From an uncultured delta proteobacterium (GTDB lineage: Bacteria > Desulfobacterota > RBG-13-43-22): DNA of 64,000 nt. Every line of letters starts with the position of its first letter. Within the stretch, counting starts at the first letter, position 1. The notes below the pieces were generated by a model that saw nothing but the letters and a program-made list of their open reading frames with translations, was not told where the DNA came from and ran no database searches. The stretch lies in NCBI GenBank assembly GCA_963843145.1, contig CAWJJC010000020.1:384001-448000 (forward strand). Direction: 5' to 3'. The translations under genes were made by a program, and so were the position numbers. Of the stretch, positions 39,978 to 51,129 are shown in pieces.

Positions 39978-41717
39978 TCAGGGCTTCAGATTGTAACGTC
40001 TCATCTTTCGCCAGAGCGTGGTCCGATCCATGTGTAGCCTTTGGGCGGTAGCCTGGCGATTCCAGTGGTGGGCGCTTAAGGCTTCCCGGATCAAGGCGGC
40101 CTCATCGAACGGTGGGTCAAGGGAACGGGCCGGCAGGCTTTCCCGGTCGCGAGTCCTGCCCTGCACATAGAGCGGCAGGTGTTCCACCTGGATAATCTCC
40201 CCCTGGCAGATCAGGCAGGCGTGTTCGATGATATTTTCCAGTTCGCGGATATTGCCCGGATACGGATATTCCAGGAGAAGGCCCAGGGCCGGCGGATCAA
40301 AGCGTTGAATTCTCTTTCCCTTTTCCAGATTGCTTTGCTTCAGGAAATGATTAATCAGCAAAGGGACATCCTGAACCCGTTCCCGCAAGGGCGGAAGTTC
40401 CAGTCGAATGACATTCAAGCGATAAAACAAGTCCTCCCTGAATTTCCGCTCCCGGATCATCCCTTCCAGATCCTGATTTGTGGCCGCCAGGATCCGCACA
40501 TCCACCTTGACTGTTTTTTTAGCACCCAGGGGGTAAAATTCCTTATCCTCCAGGACCCGCAACAACTTAGCCTGAAGGGCCAGGGGCAGGTCCCCGATCT
40601 CATCCAAAAAAATGGTTCCCTGGTTCGCCAGTTGAAACAAACCAGGTTTGTCGTGCTGGGCGCCGGTAAAGGCCCCGCGGACATAGCCGAACATCTCGGA
40701 TTCCAGCAGATTCTCCGGGATGGCCGCGCAATTGACCTTGATAAAGGGCCCTTGGGCCCGCTGGCTTTGTTCGTGGATGACCTTGGCCACCAGGTCCTTT
40801 CCACAACCGGTGGGACCCTGGATCAGCACCGTCACATCCCGGTTGGCGACGATGGGCAGCAGTTCAAAGATACGGAGCATGCGGGGGTCCTGGCTGATGA
40901 TATCGCCACAGGTAAACCGCTGGTATACTTTCTTTTCCAAATGCTGAATCAGGGAGCGGTCCTCAAACATACCCACCGCCCCCAACGTTTTGCCCTCATC
41001 GTCCCGTAATAAGGTAAAGGCGATTTTTACCGGGACGGCCGTCCCGTCTTTGGACCCGACCTCCCCGTCGATCTCCGACAGGGGTTCCCCATCTTTCAGA
41101 ATCTTTTCCAGGCCGCAATCGGCCTGGCACAGATTGGAACAGAGGATATCCCGGCAGGGTTTACCGATCACTTCCTCGCGGCGAAAACCGGTCATCCGTT
41201 CCGCGCCGGTATTAAAAGAAAGGATATGGCCGCTACGGGTAAAAGTGATCACCCCCAGGGCCATGCTGTCCAGAATTTGACGAAACCGTTCGGTCTGATA
41301 GCGGATCTTTCCATGAAGGTCCCACAAGAGGGAAACATCCTGAAAACTTTCCACAGCCCCGACCAGATTTCCCTGACGGTCCCGAAGGGGGGTGACCGTC
41401 TTATTGATCAGGATGGCATCCCCTTCCCGGTCCATGATTTCCAAATCAAAATTTAAGAAAGAATTGCCTTTCTCAAAAGCCCGGTGAAAACGGCAATCTC
41501 CCTGGCAAAGATTGTTTCCGAAGACCTCGTGGCAGTGTTTGCCGACCACTTCCTCAAGCCGGTAACCGGTTATGCTTACGGCCGCTTCGTTAAAAGAAGT
41601 CACCCGGCGTTCCAGATCAACGGTAAAGACACCGATCCCCATGGAGTTCCAGATAATCCCCAGGGTTTGATGATCCGGCAGGGGGAATAAAGCCTTGTTT
41701 TTCTTTTTGGAAGTCAT
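39978..41717 (-). CDS. PAS-PAS sigma-54 enhancer-binding protein
   Basis: Two PAS repeats, GPTGCGKD, GAFTGA, FLDEIGD, MDRTTLWRKM. Confidence 0.95.
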   Translation of the reverse strand: MTSKKKNKALFPLPDHQTLGIIWNSMGIGVFTVDLERRVTSFNEAAVSITGYRLEEVVGKHCHEVFGNNLCQGDCRFHRAFEKGNSFLNFDLEIMDREGDAILINKTVTPLRDRQGNLVGAVESFQDVSLLWDLHGKIRYQTERFRQILDSMALGVITFTRSGHILSFNTGAERMTGFRREEVIGKPCRDILCSNLCQADCGLEKILKDGEPLSEIDGEVGSKDGTAVPVKIAFTLLRDDEGKTLGAVGMFEDRSLIQHLEKKVYQRFTCGDIISQDPRMLRIFELLPIVANRDVTVLIQGPTGCGKDLVAKVIHEQSQRAQGPFIKVNCAAIPENLLESEMFGYVRGAFTGAQHDKPGLFQLANQGTIFLDEIGDLPLALQAKLLRVLEDKEFYPLGAKKTVKVDVRILAATNQDLEGMIRERKFREDLFYRLNVIRLELPPLRERVQDVPLLINHFLKQSNLEKGKRIQRFDPPALGLLLEYPYPGNIRELENIIEHACLICQGEIIQVEHLPLYVQGRTRDRESLPARSLDPPFDEAALIREALSAHHWNRQATAQRLHMDRTTLWRKMRRYNLKP

Positions 41718-41782
41718 GACAGTTATTCTTGGGTAGGTGCACCTTTTTTAGAAATATACGAAAGCGGTCGTACGGTCATCGC

Positions 41783-42244
41783 TTACCTCTTGGGGTTTCG
41801 AATGCACATCACCGTGCACTGGGCGCGGCGGGCCACATTCTCGGCGGTGCTGCCGAAGTGGAGCTTGTTTGCTTTGGAACTGCCGGCCGCTCCCAGAACG
41901 ATTAAATCCACCTCCTGCAATCGGGCGAAACGGACGATCTCGACAATGGGAACGCCCTTCAACACCTGAAACTCATAATGGGGGTACCCCCCTAATCGGT
42001 GGAGGTACCGATCGATCAGTCTCCGCTTTGCCGGCTCAATCGTCTCCCCGTCATCCGGGCTATCCTTTTGGGCTTCCGGATGGTCTTCTAAGGCGTCGGA
42101 TAAGTTATCCGTTGCCGACAAGACATGAACCAGGTACAGGTGGGCTCCGTAGCGTTCAGTCAGGTCCAGGGCCGTATAAAAGGCATAATCCGCATCCAGG
42201 GAAAAGTCCGAACAGAAAAGAATTTTTTGATATTCCGGTTTCAT
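41783..42244 (-). CDS. Universal stress protein (paralog of 35276-35752)
   Basis: YQKILFCSDFS, FGSTAENVARRA. Confidence 0.92.
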   Translation of the reverse strand: MKPEYQKILFCSDFSLDADYAFYTALDLTERYGAHLYLVHVLSATDNLSDALEDHPEAQKDSPDDGETIEPAKRRLIDRYLHRLGGYPHYEFQVLKGVPIVEIVRFARLQEVDLIVLGAAGSSKANKLHFGSTAENVARRAQCTVMCIRNPKR

Positions 42245-42440
42245 AGCAGTTCCTTAACCCCAAAAATATTTACCCAAACCTCAAGTTTTCCATTGGAAGA
42301 CCCGTTTTTTGCTTTATAGTATATAATTAAGCATATAAAAAATCAAATGCCCTCCCGTCGGCCGGGGCGGCTGTAAAGAGTTTGCCGATAGTGCCTTAAT
42401 GTCTTATTTTTAGTACAAAATAGCTGACTGAAACTCTCTT

Positions 42441-44144
42441 ATGTTATTTCGGCTGACCCTTTATTTTTCTCTTTCTCTCTTCGGAGCGGGACTGGTCTAT
42501 AAACTGGTTTCCTGGTTTCGCTGCCCTCTGGGCGATCAGTCCCGGGGGATCCCCCCAGCCCGGCGGTTTTCCTCCGCGCTCCGGGGGCTGATGGCCGTAC
42601 TCTTCAGCCGCCGGATTCTTCTCCTGGGGAAAATCCTTTTCCAGGACGTCCTCCTCCAGTTGCGTCTGAAGAAAGAAGGGTCCCTCCGCTGGTTCATGCA
42701 TCTTACCCTGTTTTACGGCTTTTTGTTCCTGCTTTTCTTCCATGCCCTGGACCGGTACTTTACCATCAGACTATTCCCCGAATATGTCTCCACCCTGAAC
42801 CCTTTTTTATTCCTGCGCAATTTTTTTGGCGCCCTCCTCCTCCTGGGACTGGCCATCGCCGCTTATCGCCGTATCCGGAACCAGGTCCTGCGTCTGACCA
42901 CCGGACGGCAGGATATCTTCGCCTTGATCCTCCTGGGGCTGATCATCCTTTCCGGTTTTCTGCTGGAGGCCTCCAAGATCGTTTCCCCCCAGCGCTTTCA
43001 GGAGATGGTTCAGGAATACGGTTTTATCCAGGACGACCGGGAACTCCAGGCCTTGCGGGCCTATTGGAGCAGGGATTTCGGGGTGGTCTTCCCGGGACCG
43101 GAAACCCACCCGGGCCCGGAGCTCCTAAAAAAAGGTAGGGCACTGCACGACCTGAATTGCGCCCAATGCCATTCCCGGCCTTCGGCGGCCTTTGTTTCTT
43201 ATGGAATCGCCAGAGCCGTCCGACCCCTGGCACTGACTCTGACCGCTGCCGGGATCAGCACCCTGCTCTGGTACCTTCACTTTTTAAGTTCTTTTCTGGG
43301 GCTGGCTGTCCTGCCCTTCACCAAATTCTTTCATCTCTTTACCAGTCCCCTGATCCTGCTGATCAACGGAGTTACGGATCGAAAGGTCCTCTCCCCGGCC
43401 GACCTGGCCACAATCCAGGCCATTGAACTGGATGCCTGTACCCATTGCGCTATTTGCAGCCAACACTGTTCGGTGCGGCCGATCAGTCTTCGCCTGGAAA
43501 ATCCCTACCTGATGTCTTCTGAAAAGTTGATCGCCTTCAAGACCTTGTCCCGCCAAAAAAACTTGCCCGAATCGGAACTGAAGGCCTTCCAGGAGGGCAA
43601 CTCCCTCTGTACCGGCTGTTACCGTGGCAACTTATACTGCCCCATAGGAATCAATACGCTGCAGCTCTGGTCCTGCATGCAGCAGGACCTGGCTCATCGG
43701 GGTTGTCCCGATCTTTTTAGTTCTACCCGCGACGCTTTCGTTTCCAAGTTTGATGCCGATCGAAGCAAAACGGTGGTGCCCCTGGCTCCGGAAGGTAAGG
43801 CTCTCAAAAAGGAAATGCTGCTCTCCAGTCAGGGAAACAGTTTCAACCCCTGTTATACCTGCCTGACCTGTTCCAATGCCTGCCCGGTGGTGATGAATTA
43901 CTCCAATCCTATTACCGTCCTGGGTCTGCTGCCCCACCAGATCATGTACAGCCTGAAATTCGGGTTGGCCTCCCAGGTTCTGGGAGCCAGGATGGTCTGG
44001 GACTGCCTGGGCTGTTATCAATGTCAGGAAAACTGCCCCCAGGGTATTCGAGTAACCGACATCCTTTTTGAACTCAAGAATCTGGCCTTCCAGCAGTTGA
44101 AGGCTAAGCCCTCGGAAACCGGTCTTGAAGGGGGTGCGTCATGA
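42441..44144 (+). CDS. NarI-like / CxxCH / HdrC-like fusion, paralog of 7262-9046
   Basis: Same architecture: CAQCH, LPFTKFFH, ELDACTHC, WDCLGCYQCQENCPQG. Confidence 0.85.
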   Translation: MLFRLTLYFSLSLFGAGLVYKLVSWFRCPLGDQSRGIPPARRFSSALRGLMAVLFSRRILLLGKILFQDVLLQLRLKKEGSLRWFMHLTLFYGFLFLLFFHALDRYFTIRLFPEYVSTLNPFLFLRNFFGALLLLGLAIAAYRRIRNQVLRLTTGRQDIFALILLGLIILSGFLLEASKIVSPQRFQEMVQEYGFIQDDRELQALRAYWSRDFGVVFPGPETHPGPELLKKGRALHDLNCAQCHSRPSAAFVSYGIARAVRPLALTLTAAGISTLLWYLHFLSSFLGLAVLPFTKFFHLFTSPLILLINGVTDRKVLSPADLATIQAIELDACTHCAICSQHCSVRPISLRLENPYLMSSEKLIAFKTLSRQKNLPESELKAFQEGNSLCTGCYRGNLYCPIGINTLQLWSCMQQDLAHRGCPDLFSSTRDAFVSKFDADRSKTVVPLAPEGKALKKEMLLSSQGNSFNPCYTCLTCSNACPVVMNYSNPITVLGLLPHQIMYSLKFGLASQVLGARMVWDCLGCYQCQENCPQGIRVTDILFELKNLAFQQLKAKPSETGLEGGAS

Positions 44145-44997
44145 AATACGTCCTCTTCCCCGGCTGCAAGATTCCTTATTATGTTCCCTATTTTGGAACC
44201 TCCAGCCGAGCTGTCCTGGAGCGGTTTGGCATCGAACTGCTGGATCTGGAATTTAACTGCTGCGGCTATCCTGTCCGATTTCTGGATTTCCGGTCCTTTA
44301 TTTATTCCTCGGCCCGCAATCTGGCCCTGGCCGGGGAAAAAGGGTTGCCCTTGCTCTGCCTGTGCCAGTGCTGTTACGGCACCTTGCGCTATGCCGATAT
44401 CCTCATGCGGCAAAATGAGGCCCTGTTCAAGGACATCACCCTGCTGCTGAAGGAAGAGGGCCTGCGCTATCCCCCCCGAATTGAAATAAAACATCTCCTC
44501 CACGTTTTAGCCGATGAAATCGGTCCGGAGGCCATTTGGGGGAACAATAAGCGGCCCTTCAAGTCGCTCAAGGTGGCCGCCCATTATGGCTGTCATATCC
44601 TGCGTCCCCGGGATGTGGTTCGGTTCGACCATTCCACCACCCCCACCAAGTTTGAGACCCTGGTGGAGGTAACCGGCGGGATCAGCGTGGATTGGCCCCT
44701 GAGACTGCAATGCTGCGGAGATCCCCTGCGGGATAAAAACGATCCCTTGTCTTTGGAGTTGATGCGAAAAAAAATGGAGTCGGCCCGGAAGGCCGGGGCG
44801 GATGTTCTCTGCGTCGCCTGCCCCCATTGCCAGATGCAATTTACCCGGAAACCCGAGAACCCAACGGGGAAGAAGACCCGGGCCTTTCCCTGCCCTCCCT
44901 CCTGTATCCACAGTTGCTGGGTTTGAGTCTGGGGTTGGATGAAAAGGTCCTGGGTCCTATCGGTTTGGATACGAGCGGTTTCTATACCTCACTCTAA
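44141..44997 (+). CDS. hdrB: Heterodisulfide reductase subunit B; frameshift near 44880-44900
   Basis: FPGC, NCCGYP, HYGCH, QCCG, CPHCQMQF; conserved LYPQLLGLSLG tail in another frame ending at TAA 44995-44997. Confidence 0.88.
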
Positions 44998-45010
44998 ACC
45001 CTATTGGTTT

Positions 45011-45173
45011 TAAATTCGAAATTCGAAGCACGAAATCCGAAACAAATTCAAATGATCAAATCTCAAAATTCAAAACGTTTTTGTTTTGAGCATTTGGATT
45101 TTGGAGCTTCGTGCTTGTTTCGGCCTGCGACGAGCTCAGCCGAGTCGATTTCGTGCTTCGAATTTCGAATTTA
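45011..45173. repeat. Long palindromic intergenic element (MITE/REP-like) with a nested 24-bp insert
   Basis: Perfect 27-bp terminal IR 45011-45037 / 45147-45173; further internal pairing; lies between convergent genes. Confidence 0.8.
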
Positions 45174-45179
45174 TGTGTG

Positions 45180-45998
45180 TTACCCTTTCGGCCAGAAAAG
45201 CAGGATGACCGGGGCCAACGCGATCCGGTACCAGGCAAAAGGCTTTAAGGTCCAGCGGCCCAGCAGACGGATAAAGGCGGCCACGGTAAAGTAGGCCACG
45301 ACGAAGGCCACCGCAAATCCAACCGCCAGAAACCATAAATCCGAGGCGTTGAAGAGGGCCCGGGTTTTCCAGAAATCATATCCGGAGGCCGCGATCATCA
45401 CCGGAACGGCGGCCAGGAAGGAATACTCGGCCGCGGTTTTCCGCTTCAGTCCCCCGAGCATCCCGCCGACAATCGTCGCTGCGGCCCGGGAGATTCCCGG
45501 CCACATGGACAGGCATTGAAACAAGCCGATGACCAGGGCCTGTCCCCAGGTAATATTATCCAGTGAGACGATCCCCTGGTCGCGTTTACGGCGTTCGACC
45601 AGAAGAATGCCCACCCCTCCTACGGCCAGGGCCACGGCCACGCTGCCGGCATTAAAAAGATAGGCCTTGATGGAACTGTAAGCGAATTTACCCACCAGCA
45701 AGGCCGGCAGCGTAGTCAAGCCCAACAACAGACAGCCGCGCAGACCTTTCAGCCCCTGGCTGGTCTTAGTGAATTTCCGCCAGCCTTCCAGCGGCATCAA
45801 GGCTTTAAACCGCTGCCGATAGAGCCAAACCACCGCCAGGATGGCCCCCAATTGGATCACCACGTCAAACGTTTTGGCGACCTGCCCATGGAAACGAAGC
45901 AGTTGCCCGGCCAGGATCAAATGTCCGGTGGAGGAGACGGGGATAAATTCGGTCAGACCTTCGACGATCCCCAGAATGACCGCGGTCCAGAGCGACAT
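45180..45998 (-). CDS. uppP: Undecaprenyl-diphosphate phosphatase
   Basis: GIVEGLTEFIPVSSTGHL, IQLGAILAV, PGISRA, AAEYSF. Confidence 0.96.
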   Translation of the reverse strand: MSLWTAVILGIVEGLTEFIPVSSTGHLILAGQLLRFHGQVAKTFDVVIQLGAILAVVWLYRQRFKALMPLEGWRKFTKTSQGLKGLRGCLLLGLTTLPALLVGKFAYSSIKAYLFNAGSVAVALAVGGVGILLVERRKRDQGIVSLDNITWGQALVIGLFQCLSMWPGISRAAATIVGGMLGGLKRKTAAEYSFLAAVPVMIAASGYDFWKTRALFNASDLWFLAVGFAVAFVVAYFTVAAFIRLLGRWTLKPFAWYRIALAPVILLFWPKG

Positions 45999-46006
45999 GG
46001 AACGGC

Positions 46007-46996
46007 CTACCAGTACCGCCGGCGATAAAGCCGGTAGTAGTCAACGGTTTTTTGGAGTCCTTCGGCCAGCAGGGTGGTCGGTTTCCAACCCGTGTGGGCC
46101 GTCAGTCTGGAGAAATCCGTGACCACATCGCCCACCTCGATGGTCTTCCGTTCTTCCGGCCAGGGCGCGTGGACATAGCGGCCGGACCCGCAGGCTCGAA
46201 GGATCGCCTGGACCAGTTCCAGAAAGGTTATGGCTTCGGCGCTGCCGATGCTGTATACCTGGTTCAGGCAAACCTCCTTCTCTCCCAGAAGCAGCAGACA
46301 ACGGATAATGTCCTCCACATAAATCATCTCCCGCTTCTGGCTGCCATCACCAAAAACCTTGATCTCCTGGTCCTCCAGGGCCAGCCGGATTAAGAAATTT
46401 TGGACTCCGTACTTGGGATGCCGCATTTGATGGCGGGGTCCGTAGGTATTGCCCAGCCGCAAGGAGGTCACCTGAAGACCGCAAATCTTATTATAGAGCA
46501 GGTGGTACCATTCCACGGCCTGTTTGGTGGCGGCGTAAATATCCTTGGGATTTGGCGGGGTCTCTTCCGTGATGGGGATGGTCAGTGCCTGACCGTACTG
46601 GGCCCGGGTCCCGATATACACTACCCGAGTTTGCGGGTTAACGGCGCGAAGGGATTCCAGGAAATGGACCTGGGGAATCACATTGGTTTCCAGATCATAG
46701 ACCGGATTGGCCATGGATTCCAGGTGGCAGGAGTGCATGCCGATGTTATAAATCAGATCTTTGTCCCGCACATAATAATCCGTGGCCGCCCGATCTCCCA
46801 GATTGGCGATAACTACTTTCACCCGATCTTTGACCGGCTCGATATTGAAAAAATTGGCCCCCAAATCCGGGATCATCCCGTCTAGAAGGGTCACCTCGGC
46901 CCCCAGTTCGACCAATCTGATCGCCAGCGTGCTGCCCAGGAAACCCAACCCCCCGGTAATCAGTATTTTTTTACCGAAATAAAAATGTTCCGCCAT
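46007..46996 (-). CDS. NAD-dependent epimerase/dehydratase (extended SDR)
   Basis: ITGGLGFLGS, YAATK, NTYGP, GDGSQKRE; ATG 46996. Confidence 0.92.
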   Translation of the reverse strand: MAEHFYFGKKILITGGLGFLGSTLAIRLVELGAEVTLLDGMIPDLGANFFNIEPVKDRVKVVIANLGDRAATDYYVRDKDLIYNIGMHSCHLESMANPVYDLETNVIPQVHFLESLRAVNPQTRVVYIGTRAQYGQALTIPITEETPPNPKDIYAATKQAVEWYHLLYNKICGLQVTSLRLGNTYGPRHQMRHPKYGVQNFLIRLALEDQEIKVFGDGSQKREMIYVEDIIRCLLLLGEKEVCLNQVYSIGSAEAITFLELVQAILRACGSGRYVHAPWPEERKTIEVGDVVTDFSRLTAHTGWKPTTLLAEGLQKTVDYYRLYRRRYW

Positions 46997-47106
46997 AAAA
47001 TTCCTCGCTTTTATAGATAGATTAAATGCAAGAATCCATCTTATAATAAGGCGCCTTTGTAGCATATCCGGAGTCTAAAAACAACTTATTCCCGGACGAG
47101 GTTATC

Positions 47107-48738
47107 ATGATTAACATTCAGGAATCCACGATAGGCGCCTGGTTGAACCAGGTCGCCCGTGAACATCCCGAGCGAGAGGCTTTAGTCCATCCGCAGCGGG
47201 GCATCCGTTTCACCTACCGGACTTTCCTGGAACAGGCAGGACGACTGGCTCGCGGATTGATGGCCCTGGGAATTCAGAAAGGGGACCCGGTGGCCCTCTG
47301 GGGATCGAACTGTCCGGAATGGGTCCTGGCCCAGGTGGCCCTGGCCAAAACCGGGGCCGTCCTGACGGCCCTGGATCCCGGTTATGGCCTTGAAGAGCTG
47401 CGCTACGCCCTTTCCCAGTCCGGGGCAAAGGCGGTATTAACCCAGGAAGGCCCGAACGGTTCTTACCTGAAAATGCTCCGTTCCCTGGCCCCGGACTTTT
47501 GGGAAACTAATCCCCTTCGGGAGAAACCGCTTCCCTCGCTGCGCTCCATCATTACCTTTTCGGAAACCGAGACCTCGCTCCCCGGCTTAAAGGAGCTGTC
47601 CGCCTGGGGAGAGCGGGTCTCTCCCTCCCAACTGAGGGGACGGGAGGACTCCCTGAAGCCGGAAGACCCTCTGATGCTGCTTTTTACTTCCGGGACCACC
47701 GGGAAACCCAAAGGGGTGGTGGTCGATCACCGAGGGATTTTGAACAAGTCGCTGGCCTCCACGGAAAGGATGAAAATTTCGGCAGAGGATCGCCTTTGCC
47801 TTTTCTTTCCGCTCTTCCACATGTTCGGTAACACCTGCATCTGTCTGTCCGGGTTGATCCGGGGAGCGGCCCTGGTCATCCCTTCGGACCAGTTTTCACC
47901 CCCGGAGGTTATCGCCGCTCTGGGAGAGGAAAGTTGCACCGCCATTTACGGTTCCCCCTCCATGTTCCTGGCCCTTCTCGAAGCGCCCCCATTCAGAGGT
48001 TTTCAACCGGGAAGCCTGCGCACCGGCATCGTCGGCGGAGCGCCCTGCCCCCTGGCCCTGATGAAGCGCATCGTTACTGAAATGGGGGTCCGGGAACTGG
48101 CCATCGCCTACGGCATCACCGAAGCCTCCTCCTGGGTCACCCAGACCCTGCCCGACGATCCCCTGGAATTGCGGGTCTCCACCATCGGGAAGGCCCTGCC
48201 CAATTGTGAAGTCAAGATCGTGGACCCGCTGACCGGCGAAGACCTTCCGGATGGACAGCCGGGGGAAATCTGTACCCGGGGCTTATTGATGAAAGGCTAT
48301 TTTCACAATCCGGAGGCCACCGCCCGGGTGGTCGACCGGGATGGCTGGTATCATACCGGGGACCTGGGTACGCGTGACGCCCAAGGGTATTTCCGGATCA
48401 CCGGACGATTGAAGGACGTCATCGTCAAGGATGGAAAGGAACTATTGCCCACCGAGATCGAAGACGGCGTCTATAAACTGTCGGGGGTGGCCATGGTCCA
48501 GGCCTTCGGGGTCCCCGATCCGGCCCGGGGAGAAGGTGTGGCGGTCTGGGTTAAGGCCAAAGAGGGCGTTTCCTTGACTGAAGAAACGGTCCGGGCCCAC
48601 TGCCGGGAGCAGCTTCCCGAAACGCTCCAGCCGGATTATGTCCGCCTGGTGAATGATTTCCCCATGACCCGTTCCGGGAAGATGCAGAAGTTCAAGATGC
48701 GGGAGATGATGGTGGAGCTGCTGGGGAAAGAAACATGA
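47107..48738 (+). CDS. AMP-dependent acyl-CoA synthetase
   Basis: FTSGTTGKPKG, AYGITEAS, GWYHTGDLG, TRSGKMQK. Confidence 0.95.
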   Translation: MINIQESTIGAWLNQVAREHPEREALVHPQRGIRFTYRTFLEQAGRLARGLMALGIQKGDPVALWGSNCPEWVLAQVALAKTGAVLTALDPGYGLEELRYALSQSGAKAVLTQEGPNGSYLKMLRSLAPDFWETNPLREKPLPSLRSIITFSETETSLPGLKELSAWGERVSPSQLRGREDSLKPEDPLMLLFTSGTTGKPKGVVVDHRGILNKSLASTERMKISAEDRLCLFFPLFHMFGNTCICLSGLIRGAALVIPSDQFSPPEVIAALGEESCTAIYGSPSMFLALLEAPPFRGFQPGSLRTGIVGGAPCPLALMKRIVTEMGVRELAIAYGITEASSWVTQTLPDDPLELRVSTIGKALPNCEVKIVDPLTGEDLPDGQPGEICTRGLLMKGYFHNPEATARVVDRDGWYHTGDLGTRDAQGYFRITGRLKDVIVKDGKELLPTEIEDGVYKLSGVAMVQAFGVPDPARGEGVAVWVKAKEGVSLTEETVRAHCREQLPETLQPDYVRLVNDFPMTRSGKMQKFKMREMMVELLGKET

Positions 48739-48749
48739 AAGGGCGGGTT

Positions 48750-49970
48750 TCAGGCCAACCGGGACCCCAATGCCTCGGCTACGAATTTGGCGCCTGCCCC
48801 TCCACCCCCAACCAGACGCCGGATCCGCTCCAACGTTCCAGGCCGGCATCCGGCCAGTTCGGCCGCCTTCAAAGTGGACTCACAGGCCTTCCAGACGTCC
48901 AGACTGGTAATTTCGTATCCATAACCTTCTACCAGCCAACGCAGGGCCGCCAATCCGGCCTCCAGGGCAAACCGGGGTACTTTCGTCGCCAATTCTATTG
49001 AGGCGCGGGTAAGTGTCTTGGGATCACAGGGGGACTGGTTGGCCAGTTCAATGGCCGTTTCGTAAAGTCCTGCCGATTTGGCTGCCGCGAACCATTTCCC
49101 CTCATTCCCCGGAGTGCTTTTGATCAGATCCTGTAAAATGGCCTCTGGCCCTTTATGGGGATATTTACGGACCAAGGCCCGAAAAGTATTTAGATAAGTC
49201 GTCGATTGATTTGCCAATAGGGCATAACGTCTATAGGCCTCCTCAACCAGACCGCTGGAAAGCAGGATTTCTTCACAAGTTCGGGCAATGGCGACCGGGC
49301 TGTTGCTCAGAGCACGGGAATTCTCGGCGTAATGAAGGGCCTCCGCTTTCTTTTTCATCGACACCAACGCCTTTACCCCCCATTGCCGATAGATCCACAT
49401 CTTATGAGGCTCCTGTTCGAGCAAGGAGAGCAGATCCTCGTATCGGCCCGCCCGATGGAGGGCGCTCAAACAGGCCGTGGTAAACTTTGAAAAACTGTGC
49501 AGTTTCGGGTCCGGGCTCCAGGACAGACGGACGATTCCTATAAATTCATCGGCCCAGTGAGAGGCCCTTTCCACGCTAACGCAAAGATCCCCCCAATAAT
49601 CCGGTAGAAGCTCAATATAAGGAACCTCATCCGCTTCGATGGCTGCGTCCAGTCTTCCCAGCCAGCGATCTCGTAAACGGTCGTCGGCCGGGGCCTCGGC
49701 TATGATGGGGACTAAATCCTCGATCGCCTGGTTGACCGCCGTCCCGATAGCCCCCGAGGAACTATCCACCTGCTCCAGGGCCGGGGAAACCTTCTCCAGA
49801 AAAAGCACCGCCCCTTCGGCTCCCAAAAAGGGATCTTTAACGGCGGCGTTTCTGATCTCGCGTACCGCTTCTTTGACCCGTTGAACGGCCAAGGAGGAGG
49901 AATGCCAGCCATAGGCCTGCCGCCGAAAGCGAGTACTAAAAAGCCATTTATGTGCTGGACTGTTCGTCAT
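48750..49970 (-). CDS. Conserved-looking alpha-helical hypothetical protein
   Basis: 406-aa intact ORF directly after the SEC-C gene; no catalytic motif recognised. Confidence 0.7.
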   Translation of the reverse strand: MTNSPAHKWLFSTRFRRQAYGWHSSSLAVQRVKEAVREIRNAAVKDPFLGAEGAVLFLEKVSPALEQVDSSSGAIGTAVNQAIEDLVPIIAEAPADDRLRDRWLGRLDAAIEADEVPYIELLPDYWGDLCVSVERASHWADEFIGIVRLSWSPDPKLHSFSKFTTACLSALHRAGRYEDLLSLLEQEPHKMWIYRQWGVKALVSMKKKAEALHYAENSRALSNSPVAIARTCEEILLSSGLVEEAYRRYALLANQSTTYLNTFRALVRKYPHKGPEAILQDLIKSTPGNEGKWFAAAKSAGLYETAIELANQSPCDPKTLTRASIELATKVPRFALEAGLAALRWLVEGYGYEITSLDVWKACESTLKAAELAGCRPGTLERIRRLVGGGGAGAKFVAEALGSRLA

Positions 49971-49971
49971 T

Positions 49972-51057
49972 TTAGTCGTTTTCTTTGAGTAGACAGCACT
50001 TCTTGTATTTCTTCCCGCTTCCGCAGGGACAGGGATCGTTTCGACCGATCTTTGGTCTTTTAGATGTATCCTTATTGGAAGAATTCCCCCGATCCACCGT
50101 TTGAATAGGCTCTTCCCGGTCTACAGAGTAGACCGGTTCGGGCGGGTATTTCTTTTTCAGATCCTCTATTTTCTCAGGTTTCCCCAACCGGCCATAGAGC
50201 GGAACCAAGCGTTCGATGGCGCCATCCCGGGTATATCCGTCATCGGTCATCGCCAAGGCCTGGAGGTACAACTGTTCGGCCCGTTCGGTTTGTCCACAGA
50301 GTTCTAAGACGTCTCCGGCCTTGATGATAATCCAGGGATCGTCGGCAAAATTTTTCAGGTTTTCCTCGATTTGCCCTAGCGCTTCCTGACAGCGGCCGGC
50401 TTCAGCCAAAATCAACCCCAGATCCCCCGTCATATTATACGGGTCTACAAAGGAATATCTTCGGGCCGTCTCGACCGCCGGATCCACGAAGCCATCGTAG
50501 GCGAGGTCAAAAGGTAATTCAATCAACCAGTCAAGAAGGGCATAGTCATATTGGTTTAATACATCCTTCATCAAATCACGCAAGGTTAAACCTTTTTTCA
50601 GACTGAAGGCCTCGAGTAGACGATCCAGACGATCCAGTATCCTCAAGAGTTCCGGCATATCCGCTTCCATCCATTTTTTCTCGGATCGCTCTTTTAGCTT
50701 TTCCTGGTATTCTTTCCAGTCGTCGATAAACCAATCGAATTGGTCACGATCCGGAAGCAGCCTTTTCCAAAGCTCCCGGGCGGCCACTTGGAAAAAATCT
50801 CTCCACCGGCCCGCCAATCGGTCTACGCGCAACATCCAGAGAGCGGCCAACTCTCCGGGTTCTGATACATTTTCGGCATCCAACCGGAAAGCATCTTCAT
50901 CCAGGGGAAGCCCTTCACTCTTTAAATGCTCCAGGATGTCTTCCATGGACCACCCACTCAGCCCTTCAACAAGCCAAGCGGGAACCACCAAGGGGGTTCC
51001 CGCGCTCCTTATAATCTTTTTATTCGGTTTCCTTTTATTCGATTTTTTCTTTTTCAC
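49972..51057 (-). CDS. TPR-like protein with C-terminal SEC-C motif
   Basis: [20 protein letters not shown]; TPR-like helices. Confidence 0.85.
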   Translation of the reverse strand: MKKKKSNKRKPNKKIIRSAGTPLVVPAWLVEGLSGWSMEDILEHLKSEGLPLDEDAFRLDAENVSEPGELAALWMLRVDRLAGRWRDFFQVAARELWKRLLPDRDQFDWFIDDWKEYQEKLKERSEKKWMEADMPELLRILDRLDRLLEAFSLKKGLTLRDLMKDVLNQYDYALLDWLIELPFDLAYDGFVDPAVETARRYSFVDPYNMTGDLGLILAEAGRCQEALGQIEENLKNFADDPWIIIKAGDVLELCGQTERAEQLYLQALAMTDDGYTRDGAIERLVPLYGRLGKPEKIEDLKKKYPPEPVYSVDREEPIQTVDRGNSSNKDTSKRPKIGRNDPCPCGSGKKYKKCCLLKEND

Positions 51058-51129
51058 TCAATTTCTCTCATTTGATGGATTGGGGAGGACTTGTAAGGCG
51101 CCATCGCTGAGGGCGTCGCACTCGGGCTG

